In this document: positions 46,665-56,846 of the stretch, piece after piece
How positions within the stretch are numbered: position 1 is the stretch's first letter
Layout: every line of letters begins with the position of its first letter
Source: an uncultured delta proteobacterium
GTDB taxonomy: Bacteria > Desulfobacterota > Desulfobaccia > Desulfobaccales > 0-14-0-80-60-11
Length of the DNA stretch: 64,000 bases
Reading direction: 5' to 3'
Assembly (NCBI GenBank): GCA_963834795.1
Contig: CAWIDL010000021.1
Span: 134,243-198,242, forward strand
Notes under the pieces: model-generated
Told to the model about the DNA's origin: nothing
Databases searched by the model: none
What the model saw: the letters and a program-made list of their open reading frames with translations, nothing else
Translations under genes and position numbers: made by a program

Positions 46665-46872
46665 TTAATGGGAGCGTAAGCGACATTAAATTCCCCCTCA
46701 CCCCAACCCTCTCCCCCATCGGGGGAGAGGGGATAAATAAAACACTAGATAACGCCGCCCCAACGGCTGAGAGGGGAAAAATAGAAAGATAGCACTTTCT
46801 TGTACCCTTAGCTGATTGCCTTTAGCTGATTGCTGATTGCTGACAGCTTCTAAATCATAATGCTCCCATTAA
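46665..46872. repeat. MITE/REP-like element (family A, longer copy)
   Basis: Ends TTAATGGGAGCG ... GCTCCCATTAA are inverted. It shares the CCCCCTCACCCC..CTCTCCCC/GGGGAGAGGGGATAAATAA core with 20489-20640 and carries GCTGATTGC heptad repeats related to 26364-26623. Confidence 0.6.
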
Positions 46873-46966
46873 TATTTCCCGGTTATTATGGTCACGAAAA
46901 GGTCTCGGCGCCGGCTGTAAATGATCGATTGGAGATGAAACCACTCTTAATCTTTCTTGATTAATT

Positions 46967-47608
46967 ATGGAATTCGTAACTTATTTGGTCACCAATTATG
47001 GCTATCTGGCAATATTTCTCTTACTGCTGCCGGGGGCCTTCGGCATTCCCATCCCAGATGAATTATTATTGACCTTTACCGGCTATCTGGCGCTTCGGGG
47101 AGAATTGAGGCTGATACCTGCGATGGCTGTGGCCGTCTCGGGCGCCGTCCTGGGCATAACTTTGGATTATTGGGTGGGAAGAGCAGCAGGCGCCAGGTTA
47201 ATCGGGGAGTCCGGGGCTTTTTTCCGCCTCAGGCGTGACAAGTTTAAGAGCCTGCAGGAGTGGCTCCGGCGTGGCGGCGGCTGGAGATTATGCCTGGGAT
47301 ACTTTCTCCCGGGGGTAAGGCACTGGGTCGCCATCGCCGCCGGGATCACCAAATTCCCGCTAGCAGACTTTACCCGGTTTGCTTATTTGGGGGTCCTGGC
47401 CTGGTCCCTGGTCTATATTTTGTTGGGATATTTCTTGGGTCAGGAGGCGGGCCTCTTAGTAGAAAGGATTGGCGCCCACTGTCGATGGGCCAGCGGGCTA
47501 ATCGTCGCCCTGCTCCTGGGTTATGTTCTTATCCGGGGGAAATGGCTGCGGCTGAAATGGCCGAAAATCCCGGGTAAAGTCTCTCACGGTTACCCCTTGA
47601 AGCGATAG
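46967..47608 (+). CDS. DedA-family membrane protein
   Basis: 213 aa with YGYLAIFLLLLPGAFGIPIPDELLL and a multi-TM profile. Confidence 0.9.
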   Translation: MEFVTYLVTNYGYLAIFLLLLPGAFGIPIPDELLLTFTGYLALRGELRLIPAMAVAVSGAVLGITLDYWVGRAAGARLIGESGAFFRLRRDKFKSLQEWLRRGGGWRLCLGYFLPGVRHWVAIAAGITKFPLADFTRFAYLGVLAWSLVYILLGYFLGQEAGLLVERIGAHCRWASGLIVALLLGYVLIRGKWLRLKWPKIPGKVSHGYPLKR

Positions 47609-48276
47609 CCCACCCCCCGGACGGTTTCGACATACTGGGCGGCGGGGCCCAGTTTCTTGCGCAGCGCCACGATTTTCACATCCACCGCCCGGTCCGTCAC
47701 CGGATAATCATCGCCGTGAATGCCCTCGACAATATGAGCCCGGGTGAGGACCCAGCCCGGGCGGCGAGCCAGCAGATGGAGGAGGCGAAACTCGGTGGCC
47801 GTCAGGTCAACAGGCTGCCCCTGGACCAAAACCTCGTGGCGGCCGGGGTCGATGACCAGGTCATGGATCTTGAGAAGCGCGTCTTCACCCGGCGGCGCGG
47901 TGCGGCGGCGGCGCAGCACCGTCCGGATCCGGGCCAGCAAGACCCTGGTACTGAAAGGCTTGGTGATGTAGTCCTCCGCTCCCAACTCCAGACCGGTGAC
48001 GATGTCCGCCTCTTCTCCTTTGGCGGTGAGCATAATAATCGGCGCCAGCCGGGTCTTGGCGTCCATCTTGAGACTCCGGCAGACCTCCAGTCCGTCCACT
48101 CCCGGGAGCATCAGATCCAGCAAGATCAGGTCCGGCGTGGTCGAGTGGGCGAGGCGCAATCCTTCCTCCCCCGTAGTGACTGCGGTTACCCGGTACCCCT
48201 CCTTGGCCAGGTTGTATTTGAGGAGTTCCAGGATGTCTTCGTCATCTTCAACCACTAAAATGCTTTCGTGGGCCAT
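47590..48276 (-). CDS. OmpR/PhoB-family response regulator
   Basis: 228 aa with receiver motifs ILVVEDDEDI and LDLMLPGVDG, and the winged helix VETVRGVGYRFK. No adjacent histidine kinase. Confidence 0.95.
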   Translation of the reverse strand: MAHESILVVEDDEDILELLKYNLAKEGYRVTAVTTGEEGLRLAHSTTPDLILLDLMLPGVDGLEVCRSLKMDAKTRLAPIIMLTAKGEEADIVTGLELGAEDYITKPFSTRVLLARIRTVLRRRRTAPPGEDALLKIHDLVIDPGRHEVLVQGQPVDLTATEFRLLHLLARRPGWVLTRAHIVEGIHGDDYPVTDRAVDVKIVALRKKLGPAAQYVETVRGVGYRFKG

Positions 48277-48332
48277 ATATCCTCATTATCTAATAATAAA
48301 CGCCACCACCTTGATACCTTGAGAAAATTATA

Positions 48333-48764
48333 TCAATCCAACTCGCTTTCACGTAACCACAACTTTATCCGCGCCGCTATCTGATCCCGCACTTCCCGAA
48401 ATTTTGCCAGCTTTGCTTCTTCCGAGCCGACAAAGGCCACCGGATCTTCGAAGGGCCAGTACATCCGATACCTGAAGCCGGGGAAGGTTATGGGACAATT
48501 TTCCTCTGTCTTCTCACAAACAATGATTAAATAGTCAACGGTCATTTTGCCCATGAATTCTTTGAGGCTCTTGGACCGCTGCTCACTGAGATCAAGGCCC
48601 GCTTCCGCCATCACTTTTTGGGCCTGGGGATCGATTTCCTTCAGTTCATAGCCGGCGCTGAACACCTCAAAGCGATCGCCGGCGAGCTTTTTCAGGAAGG
48701 CCTCGGCCATCTGGCTCCGGGCGGCATTATGGGTGCAGAGGAAGAGGACCTTGGTTTTTTCCAT
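48333..48764 (-). CDS. arsC: arsenate reductase (LMW-PTPase type)
   Basis: 143 aa with VLFLCTHNAARSQMAE (CX5R P-loop). Confidence 0.9.
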   Translation of the reverse strand: MEKTKVLFLCTHNAARSQMAEAFLKKLAGDRFEVFSAGYELKEIDPQAQKVMAEAGLDLSEQRSKSLKEFMGKMTVDYLIIVCEKTEENCPITFPGFRYRMYWPFEDPVAFVGSEEAKLAKFREVRDQIAARIKLWLRESELD

Positions 48765-48813
48765 GGAAGTTTTCTCCGCAAGCCTCGTTCAGGCAAGCTC
48801 TGCTCGGCCGGCG

Positions 48814-49464
48814 TCAAAAGAAAATTTCGCAGACGCCAACGAAAATGAGGATCAAGCCGGAGATCACCCCGGTTAACTTGCCCAGCCGGTGAAATCCGAA
48901 TTGACCGCCTGATATGCCAATCCAGATCGTCATGATGCTGAACCAGAAGACGGAAATCGTTAATAAAATGGGACTTAGGCCCAACATCCCCGCCCCGACG
49001 CCATTGGGGATATTATTTATAGTCAGGCCCAGGGATAATGCGGTGGCTTCCCTCAGGTCGATATGCCCGGAGAAATCCCAGTCGGCAATAATCGGGTTGT
49101 CGAGAATCGAGACTATTTGACGAAAACCAAATCTGGGGAGACCGGTTTCAGCAACCAGTCGTGTCTCTTCCTGGGGCTCTTGGCCCCGGTGCAGGACTTT
49201 CTCCTGGAAGATTACCCAGATCCCGGCGGCGATTATGATGCCTCCCCCCAATAAACCGGCCATTTCAGGGCTTATGAACAGATAGATGCTCTGACCGAGG
49301 AGTACTGACAAAAGGGTGCCGCATGAGGTTACTGAGGCAATGAGCAGGTTGGAGGTAAAGGGAATGTTAATCTTCCTGATTCCGTAAGAAACGCCCACTC
49401 CGATATTGTCAAGATTACTGGATAATGACAGTAACAAGATGGTCGCCAGATGCAGTATTTGCAC
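48814..49464 (-). CDS. MntP/YtaF-family (DUF204) membrane protein
   Basis: 216 aa with the repeated DNIGVG/NNIPNGVGAG motifs typical of DUF204 duplicated-domain transporters. Confidence 0.75.
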   Translation of the reverse strand: MQILHLATILLLSLSSNLDNIGVGVSYGIRKINIPFTSNLLIASVTSCGTLLSVLLGQSIYLFISPEMAGLLGGGIIIAAGIWVIFQEKVLHRGQEPQEETRLVAETGLPRFGFRQIVSILDNPIIADWDFSGHIDLREATALSLGLTINNIPNGVGAGMLGLSPILLTISVFWFSIMTIWIGISGGQFGFHRLGKLTGVISGLILIFVGVCEIFF

Positions 49465-50664
49465 TTAACGTTCCTTGAGCATCTCGGCCTTGTCGGTAAC
49501 TTCCCAAGGCAAGTTAAGGTCGAGGCGCCCCACCTGGCCATAGGCCGCCAGCTTCCGGTAAAAGCGTCCTTTATTCAGGGCGGGAAGGTGCCTCAGGTTG
49601 AAATCCCGCAGGATGGCGGCCAGGCGAAAATCGAAGTGCCGCTCCAGCAGGTTGGCCAGTTCCTCATCCGGGAACTTGCCGGTGCCGAAGGTTTCCACCT
49701 GAAGACTGACCGGTCGGGAAAAGCCGATGGAATAGCTTAACTGGACCTCGCATTCCTCCGCCAGTCCGGCCGCCACCACATTCTTGGCGGCATAGCGCGC
49801 CGCATAAGCCCCCACCCGATCGATGTGCACGGGGTCCTTGCCGCTCAAGGCGTTGCCGCTGGTCCGGGCATATTCGCCATAGGTGTCAACGGCGGTTTTG
49901 CGGCCCGTGAGCCCGGAATGCACCCCCGGGCCGCCTAAAATGAGGTGTTTCATCGGATTGACAAAGATCAGGGTTTGGTCATCCGGTTTAAGCTCTTCAT
50001 CGGCGAAGGCCGGTTTGATCACCGCTTCCCGGATATCGTGGTGCAATCGCTCATCGGGTATCTCACGGCACGCGGCGTTGGAGCTGCCGGCGATGACCGT
50101 AACGCTATGAATCCGGAAGGGCCGGCGGTTTCTATACTCCACCCCTATCTGGGTCTTGCCGTCCGGCGACAGATAGGGCACATGATTCTGAATCCGGGCG
50201 GTGACGATTTGCCGGGCCAGTTGGTGCGCCAACCAAATGGGCAGGGGCATCAAGGCCGCGGTCTGGCGGCAGGCAAAACCGAAGACTGTGGCCTGCTGCC
50301 TCACATGGATGTTTTCCACTTGCTCTTCCGTCAGTTGGTTCTCATTGAAAAAGAGATCCGCATCCGGCGGATATTCTTGCAGGCTGGTTAAAATGCTACA
50401 GGTGGGGGCGTCAAAGTCAGGTTTCACATAGCCGAGCTGGCCGAGGAACTTGCGGGCCACACCGGGGATATCGACTTTAATTTCAGAGACAAACCGGGCG
50501 GCAATGAACAGGATGGAAGTGGCCACGCCACATTCGGCCCGCACATGGGCCTGGGGGTCTTGCGCCAGGAAATGATCCACGATGGCATCGCTGATCTGAT
50601 CGCAGATCTTATCCGGATGCCCCTCGGTTACCGACTCCGACATGAAGATAAAGTCATTTTTCAT
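49465..50664 (-). CDS. metK: methionine adenosyltransferase (divergent MetK)
   Basis: 399 aa with SESVTEGHPDKICDQISDAIVD, GLTGRKTAVDTYG and SGKDP. Confidence 0.9.
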   Translation of the reverse strand: MKNDFIFMSESVTEGHPDKICDQISDAIVDHFLAQDPQAHVRAECGVATSILFIAARFVSEIKVDIPGVARKFLGQLGYVKPDFDAPTCSILTSLQEYPPDADLFFNENQLTEEQVENIHVRQQATVFGFACRQTAALMPLPIWLAHQLARQIVTARIQNHVPYLSPDGKTQIGVEYRNRRPFRIHSVTVIAGSSNAACREIPDERLHHDIREAVIKPAFADEELKPDDQTLIFVNPMKHLILGGPGVHSGLTGRKTAVDTYGEYARTSGNALSGKDPVHIDRVGAYAARYAAKNVVAAGLAEECEVQLSYSIGFSRPVSLQVETFGTGKFPDEELANLLERHFDFRLAAILRDFNLRHLPALNKGRFYRKLAAYGQVGRLDLNLPWEVTDKAEMLKER

Positions 50665-50707
50665 ATCTTGCGTCCCTTAACCAAAAAAACCAAAAACCTG
50701 CTGCGGC

Positions 50708-53700
50708 TCACTCCAGGGCCGGCTCCGGGACTTCGTTTACGCCATCCGCCGGCGGTTTCTTGGTGGCTTCGTTCACCACCAGGGGCAGCAGGGCGCTGCC
50801 GGAAATCACCAGGCCGTCCAGCAGGCCCACCGGGGCCAGGCCCAGCAGACTTCTCAGTCCGGGGACCGCCAGGGTCAAGAATTGCACCGCCAGCGAGCCC
50901 CCCACGGCCAGGGTCAGGTAGTGGTTGGGAGGCAATTTCCCCGAGCTAAAGAGGCCGTGGGTTTCCGAACGGCAACTGATGGCGTGCAGGAGCTGCCCGG
51001 TGGTGAGGCTGTGAAAGGCCAAGGTGCTGGTTTGAGCCCCCAGGCCGTAGCGCATCAGGCCATAGCCATAGGCCCCCAAAGCCCCGGTGGTGATGGCCCC
51101 GGACTCGAAGGCCATCCTCTTAAAGTCGCCGCCGGTGAAGATCGGCCGGGCGGGATCGCGGGGCGGGCGCTCCAGGATATCGGGCTCCGGCGCTTCCATC
51201 GCCAGGGCCAACCCGGGAAAGATATCGGAAATCAGGTTGATCCACAGAAGCTGGGCCGCGGTCAGGGGAGACCCCAGGCCGACGGCCATGGCCACAAAGG
51301 TCAACATGATTTCGCTGAGATTGGTGGCCAGGAAGAAATGCACCGACTTTCGGATGTTGATATAGATGGTGCGGCCGTCCCGGATGGCGAGGATCAAGGT
51401 ATCGAGATTATCCTTCTCCAGGACCACGTCCGCCACTTCCCGGGCGATATCGGTGCCGGTGCGGCCCATGGCGATGCCCACGTCCGCCGCCTTGAGGGCC
51501 GGGCCGTCGTTGATGCCGTCGCCGGTCATGGCCACCACCTTGCCGGCCGCCTGCAAGGCCTGGACGATCTCAAGCTTATGGGACGGGCTGACCCGGGCAA
51601 AGACCTGGGCCCTCTTGACCAGGGCCCGCAAGACCTCCGGCTCGATCTCCGCCAGGTGGGTGGCGTCCAGGATTTCCAAGGGGCCCCCCCGGCTCAGCTC
51701 CAGTTCCTTGCCGATGGCATAGGCGGTGGGACTCTGGTCGCCGGTGATCATCACCGTCTCGATCCCCGCCCGATGGAAGGCCCGAATCGCCTCGCCCACC
51801 CCCTCGCGGATGGGATCGGCCATGCCCACCATGCCCAGCCAGACCAGGTCATCGAGTTCCTCAAACACGGACTCATCCGGACCCAGGGCATAGGCCAGCC
51901 CCAGGACCCGCAGGGCGTCCCCCGCCATCTCCTCGTTCTTAGCCTCGAGGCGCTGCCGGTCTGCATCGGTAAGCGGCAATTTCCGGCCATCCTGGAGATG
52001 CCAGGAACACCGGGCCAGAACTTCCAGGGGGCTGCCTTTGAGGGCAAAAAGCCTTCCGGCGGGCGGATCATCATGCAACGTGCCCATAAACAGGCGGTTT
52101 TCCGAACGGTGATTGATTTTTATTAGGGGATAGCGCCTCCTCAGCTCGGCGACGTCGAGACCCACCAGGATGGCCAGGTGCACCAGGGCGCCCTCCGTGG
52201 GGGTCCCCCGGAGTACATAATCCCCGCCTTCCTGATAGATTTCGATTTCGTTGCACAGCACCGAGACCTTTAGGAGCTGCTCCAATTCCTCACAGGCGAA
52301 GGGGGGAATCGGCCCATCGGGCCCCAGGAATTGCCCGTCCGCCACCTTGATAGTCTTCATGCAGGCAAAGATTTGGAGCACGGACATCTGGTTGCGGGTG
52401 ATGGTCCCGGTCTTATCCAGACAGACGGTCTGCACCGAACCCAGGGTCTCCACCGCGTTGAGATGGCGGATCAAGACATAGTGTTTGCGCATGTCCCGGA
52501 TACCCATGGCCAGGGTGGTGGTGGCCACGGTGGGCAGCCCTTCCGGCACCGCCGCCGCCGCCAGGCAGATGGAGGTGCGCAGCATCTCCAACCAACCGAA
52601 GCCCCACATGAACCCCATGACAAACACCACCCCGCAGACACCGCAACAGAGGAGGACCAGTTGATTCCCCAACTGGCCGAGCTGCCTCTCCAGAGGGGTT
52701 TCCGGGCTGGCGGCTTCGCCGATCAGAGACTGGATCAGGCCGATTTCGGTATAAATCCCGGTGGCCACCACCACCGCCATACCTTCGCCGCCAGTCACCA
52801 GGGTGCCCATGAAGACCAGGTTGATCCGGTCTCCCAAGGGGATATGATCCCGTTCCAGGGCCCGGGTATTTTTAGTCACAGGCAGGCTTTCCCCGGTCAG
52901 GGCCGACTCATCCACGGACAGGTGGCTGGCCTCTATCAGGCGCGCATCGGCGGCCACATAGCTGCCGGGGCGCAGTACCAGGAGGTCTCCCGGGGTCACT
53001 TCTTCGGAGGGAATTTCGCTCAGCCGTCCTTCCCGTAAGACCAGGGCGGCAGGCCGCACCAGGGTTTGCAGGGAGCGAATGGTTTTTTCGGATTCGCTTT
53101 CGGTTTTATAGCCGATGAAGGCATTGACGATCACTACGCCGGAAATCAACACGGCGTCGGCCAGCCCTCCAATGACGACGGAAAGACCGGCGGCCGCGCC
53201 CAGGAGGGCTACCGGGAGCGATTTAAACTGATCCAGGAAGATTCCCCAGCCGGACCGGGGCTCGGCTTCCGGCAAGAGATTGGCGCCGTATTTCTGGCGG
53301 TTTCTCTGGACGGCCTTGAGGGACAACCCCATTTCCCTGGAGGTCTGCCATTCGGCCAACACCGCCTCGGCTTCCAGCCGGTGCCAGGGTTGCGCCGGCT
53401 GCTCTGCCGGATAGGCAAAGAGACCTTTGAATCTGTCTAAGACGGTGGCCTGATCTTCCGGCCCGGTGGCAGCCCCGGCTTTACTGGGGACAGGAAATGA
53501 AGAGCCCGGCTGAGGTTGGCTCAGGCAATCGGAGACGATCCCTTCAATTAAGGCCGCAATGGTTTGGGGATTGTTATCCGAATTGTAGCAGACCAGAACA
53601 TTGCCGGTGAGGGCATTGGCCGAGGCCAGGGAAATATCCTGCAGCCGCGCCAGTCGCGACTCCAGCAGCTTCTCCAGGGATTTCGAGCGGTACAGGCCCT

Positions 53701-53752
53701 CAACCTTAAACCTCGCCCTGCCCGCCACCGCGGTATGTATCGCCTCGACCAT
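50708..53752 (-). CDS. P2-type cation-transporting ATPase with N-terminal CxxC-less HMA-like (HMA_2-type) domain
   Basis: 1014 aa with DKTGTIT, PEGLPTVATTTLA, TGDQ, MTGDGINDGPALK and a cation-ATPase-N region (HRLEAEAVLAEWQTS..GLS). The first ~75 aa (GRARFKVEGLYRS...ANALTGNVLVCYN) are paralogous to three small ORFs nearby. Confidence 0.95.
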   Translation of the reverse strand: MVEAIHTAVAGRARFKVEGLYRSKSLEKLLESRLARLQDISLASANALTGNVLVCYNSDNNPQTIAALIEGIVSDCLSQPQPGSSFPVPSKAGAATGPEDQATVLDRFKGLFAYPAEQPAQPWHRLEAEAVLAEWQTSREMGLSLKAVQRNRQKYGANLLPEAEPRSGWGIFLDQFKSLPVALLGAAAGLSVVIGGLADAVLISGVVIVNAFIGYKTESESEKTIRSLQTLVRPAALVLREGRLSEIPSEEVTPGDLLVLRPGSYVAADARLIEASHLSVDESALTGESLPVTKNTRALERDHIPLGDRINLVFMGTLVTGGEGMAVVVATGIYTEIGLIQSLIGEAASPETPLERQLGQLGNQLVLLCCGVCGVVFVMGFMWGFGWLEMLRTSICLAAAAVPEGLPTVATTTLAMGIRDMRKHYVLIRHLNAVETLGSVQTVCLDKTGTITRNQMSVLQIFACMKTIKVADGQFLGPDGPIPPFACEELEQLLKVSVLCNEIEIYQEGGDYVLRGTPTEGALVHLAILVGLDVAELRRRYPLIKINHRSENRLFMGTLHDDPPAGRLFALKGSPLEVLARCSWHLQDGRKLPLTDADRQRLEAKNEEMAGDALRVLGLAYALGPDESVFEELDDLVWLGMVGMADPIREGVGEAIRAFHRAGIETVMITGDQSPTAYAIGKELELSRGGPLEILDATHLAEIEPEVLRALVKRAQVFARVSPSHKLEIVQALQAAGKVVAMTGDGINDGPALKAADVGIAMGRTGTDIAREVADVVLEKDNLDTLILAIRDGRTIYINIRKSVHFFLATNLSEIMLTFVAMAVGLGSPLTAAQLLWINLISDIFPGLALAMEAPEPDILERPPRDPARPIFTGGDFKRMAFESGAITTGALGAYGYGLMRYGLGAQTSTLAFHSLTTGQLLHAISCRSETHGLFSSGKLPPNHYLTLAVGGSLAVQFLTLAVPGLRSLLGLAPVGLLDGLVISGSALLPLVVNEATKKPPADGVNEVPEPALE

Positions 53753-53813
53753 TGGGGCCGGATAACCTTGCCTATTCGACTCTGTTTAGCTAATAGGGAT
53801 ACTGCGGCTATGC

Positions 53814-54479
53814 TTATCCCTTCGTCTTCTTTTCCGGAGGGGCTTCGGGAGCCGGCTTGGAGGCCGTGGGGGACCCCGCCTTGGATTTCGGCCAGGCGGC
53901 GCAAGCTACGTCCTTGATGCCAGAGACCGCACCCATCAGGATGTCGCTGACGGCCTTGACCGCCGACTGACCCAGGCTGCCGGCGGCGTCGATGGCGCCG
54001 CCCACCGCCGCCTTGGCGGCCCCGCCCACATTGCCGCCGATCTCGGAAGTGGCCTCGATGACGCCGGTTACCGCGCTTTTGGCCACCTGGGCCACGTCTC
54101 CGCCGACTTCCGCGGCCCCTTTGACCGCGCCTTTGGCCAGTTGGGCGGCGGCCTTTTCGGCATCTCCGCCCAAGTCGGTGACGCCCAGGAGAATGCCCTT
54201 GGCCACATCCTTGGTGGTCACCAGCAGGCCGGCGCCCACCTCTTCGGTGGCCTTCAGCGCCCCTTTAAAGACGTCCTTGCTGATATTGATGGTCTCGTTG
54301 GCCACGCTGCCGGTGCCCTTCAGGACGTCGGTCACGGTGTTTCTCGCCAAACTGACGATTTGGGCTTCAATCTCGCTTAGCCCCTTGAGGCTGCCGACGA
54401 GGCCGTCTTTCACGGTGGCGCCGGCTTCGCCCAGCATTTCCCCAATACCCTTGCTCTCTTTGGTTTCCTGGGGGGACAT
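53814..54479 (-). CDS. G/A/V/K-rich repeat protein (amphipathic-repeat, LEA/phasin-like composition)
   Basis: 221 aa from the ATG at 54479 (GGAGGT upstream). Degenerate repeats: KGAVKGAAEVGGDVAQVAKSAVTGVIEATSEIGGNVGGAAKAAVGGAIDAAG. The tail is P/K-rich. Confidence 0.6.
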   Translation of the reverse strand: MSPQETKESKGIGEMLGEAGATVKDGLVGSLKGLSEIEAQIVSLARNTVTDVLKGTGSVANETINISKDVFKGALKATEEVGAGLLVTTKDVAKGILLGVTDLGGDAEKAAAQLAKGAVKGAAEVGGDVAQVAKSAVTGVIEATSEIGGNVGGAAKAAVGGAIDAAGSLGQSAVKAVSDILMGAVSGIKDVACAAWPKSKAGSPTASKPAPEAPPEKKTKG

Positions 54480-54603
54480 ATGGACCTCCAAAAATTTTGG
54501 TTAACTACAAGATAGTAATTTAAAGATACATTTCCAGGTCTGTGATGCCATTCCGGCGATGAGCCGGCCTGGCCCCCCTCCATGGCGGCTTAAAGGAAGG
54601 GTT

Positions 54604-54891
54604 TCAAAGACTGCGACTTATCGAGGCAGCCAGTTTGGTGGCGCTGACTTCAGGAAATAGGGAGGAAAAGGTCTCCTTCAATTGCAACAGAAAACTCAGG
54701 GAGGATAACCGCTGTCTGTCATAGTCGATGGACACCAGTCCCTGGACGGCGTCCGCTTCCACCCGGAGAATCCCTCTGATAGCCCCCAAGCGGTCCTGCA
54801 ACTCCCGCGCCAGGACTTCATTGCCCTTAACCCGGGTTATGGCCAGACTGAGCTGGCCCGGCCGGGATACGATGATCTCGAGGTCCTCCAA
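54604..54891 (-). CDS. stand-alone HMA_2-like domain protein
   Basis: 95 aa with a TTG start. GQLSLAITRVKGNEVLARELQDRLGAIRGILRVEADAVQGLVSIDYD aligns with the ATPase N-terminus. Confidence 0.6.
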   Translation of the reverse strand: MEDLEIIVSRPGQLSLAITRVKGNEVLARELQDRLGAIRGILRVEADAVQGLVSIDYDRQRLSSLSFLLQLKETFSSLFPEVSATKLAASISRSL

Positions 54892-55103
54892 GTTCTTCCC
54901 CCTTTTAGGAGAGCCGTCACCCGTGAGATAGAGAAAAAAATGGTTTAAACCCCAAAATGGCTTATTGTATTAAAAATATAATGACAAATGCAAGGCCTAC
55001 AACGATGGGGCGACGATATATATCGGGAGACGATGCTGGTGGGAGCTCACTTCCACTGAAAAGCCAAAGTGGGAAAGTGAACCTTGATTTTCCACCTGCT
55101 TAT

Positions 55104-55557
55104 TTATAACAATCTGGCCCCCAATTCAGCGACGCCGGACCTTTCCCCCTTTATCAGGGTTATATGGCCGGAGATATTCTCGTCTTTAATCCTTTCCACC
55201 AAATAACTCAAGCCATTGGAAGAGGCGTCCAGATACGGGTGGTCGATCTGTTCCGGGTCTCCGGTGAAGACGATCTTGCTGCCCCGGCCCACCCGGGTAA
55301 GGATGGTCTTGATCACCTGGGGGCTGAGATTCTGGCTTTCATCGCAAATAATGAACTGGCGAGGGATGCTGCGGCCCCGAATATAGGTTAGGGCCTCCAA
55401 TTCAATCTTGCCGCTGCTGAGCAAATACTCGGTGGAGCCGTTGGGCCGGATATGCTCGTTACAGAGATACTCCTGTATTATGCGGCACAATTTGATGGAT
55501 TTATGGACAACTACTTGATATAAGGGGGGATAATTAGCATAGCGGGGGGTTAAAAGG
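55104..55557 (-). pseudogene. PIN-PhoH (PhoH2) ATPase, C-terminal fragment
   Basis: ELEALTYIRGRSIPRQFIICDESQNLSPQVIKTILTRVGRGSKIVFTGDPEQIDHPYLD (Walker B region and after). It is in phase with the N-terminal fragment once the insertion is removed. Confidence 0.85.
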
Positions 55558-56846
55558 TGCTCGCTAATGGTGAAAGCCAAAAAGAGATGATTCGGCCGGA
55601 TTTTAACCGGGCCATCATGATAGATTTCCAAGGCGCCCAGATCTCATCCGACACCGGCTTTATCCTATTGAGAGAACTAGATGAGCGCTTCAGCATCATT
55701 GACCCCATGAGAGACTGCCTGGAAGACTTGAGATCACCTGCTCATACGAAACATGCCTTGGTCCAGATGGTTCGTCAAAGGGTTTACCAGATAGCTGCCG
55801 GTTATGAAGATTGCCACGACGCAGATTTTCTCCGCATAGATCCAGCTCTCAGGCTGGCGATTGGTAAAGACCATAAGGTAGGGGCCAGCCAATCTATGCT
55901 CTCCAGATCGGAGAATGACGTTCTTGGTAATGCATTTGGGTTAGCGGCTCTGGATGCGGCTTTGACCCGTTCAACTGATGCCCTGTTGCGCAGGAAGAAT
56001 AAGCGGCGGCTGATTATCGACTTGGATTCTACCGAGGACGCTGTGCATGGCAAGCAAGAGTGTGTGGCCTACAACGGTCATTTTGGCAAGAACTGCTTTC
56101 ACCCCCTGTTTTGCTTTAGCAGTGACGGAGATTGTCTTGGGGCAAAGCTGAGACCGGGCAAGGTTCACTCAGCCGATGGCGCTCTGGATTTTATCACCCG
56201 CTTGGTGGAGCGTTACCGCCCTCGGTTCAAGCTCTTTTGGCTGCGTGGCGATGCTGCCTTTGCCAACCCGGAGATCTACGAGTATTGCGAAGATAAGCGG
56301 ATCACGTACTTCATTCGATTACCGGCCAATAGAATCCTGATGGGTTTGATCGAGTCCCACCTTAACCGGCCCGTGGGCCGTCCCCCTAAGTCCGGGGTGC
56401 AAGTCAAGATGGTTGATTTGCAGTACCAGGCGAAGAGCTGGAGCAAGTCCCGCCGGGTGGTGGCCAAGATAGAGTGGCACCGGGGCGAGTTGTTCCCCCG
56501 GATCGGTTTTGTGGTCACCAACTCCAGATTGCCAGCCGCCCAGGTGATCAAGGTCTACAATGGGCGGGGCGATGTGGAAAACCGAATCAAGGAAGGCAAA
56601 AACACTTTGCGGTGGGATAAGACCAGCTGCCAACGGTTCGAGGCCAACCAGGCCAGGCTGAAGATGGGGGTTTTGGCCTACAACCTTCTGCATATGATCC
56701 GGCAGTTCTATGTTTGGGGTGAAGAAGTTAAACGGTCCATAGAGTGGCTGATCAAGCGATTAATCAAAGTGGGCGCCAGGGTTTCTTATCATGCCCGGAG
56801 ATGGTATGTCCATGTGGCCTCCGCCTTTCCTCTGGCACGCCACTAG
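55557..56846 (+). CDS. IS1380-family transposase (DDE)
   Basis: 429 aa with ISSDTGFILLRELDERF, IIDLDSTEDAVHGKQE, YNGHFGKNCFHPLF, FWLRGDAAFA and VENRIKEGKN. The start may be the ATG at 55587. Confidence 0.9.
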   Translation: MLANGESQKEMIRPDFNRAIMIDFQGAQISSDTGFILLRELDERFSIIDPMRDCLEDLRSPAHTKHALVQMVRQRVYQIAAGYEDCHDADFLRIDPALRLAIGKDHKVGASQSMLSRSENDVLGNAFGLAALDAALTRSTDALLRRKNKRRLIIDLDSTEDAVHGKQECVAYNGHFGKNCFHPLFCFSSDGDCLGAKLRPGKVHSADGALDFITRLVERYRPRFKLFWLRGDAAFANPEIYEYCEDKRITYFIRLPANRILMGLIESHLNRPVGRPPKSGVQVKMVDLQYQAKSWSKSRRVVAKIEWHRGELFPRIGFVVTNSRLPAAQVIKVYNGRGDVENRIKEGKNTLRWDKTSCQRFEANQARLKMGVLAYNLLHMIRQFYVWGEEVKRSIEWLIKRLIKVGARVSYHARRWYVHVASAFPLARH

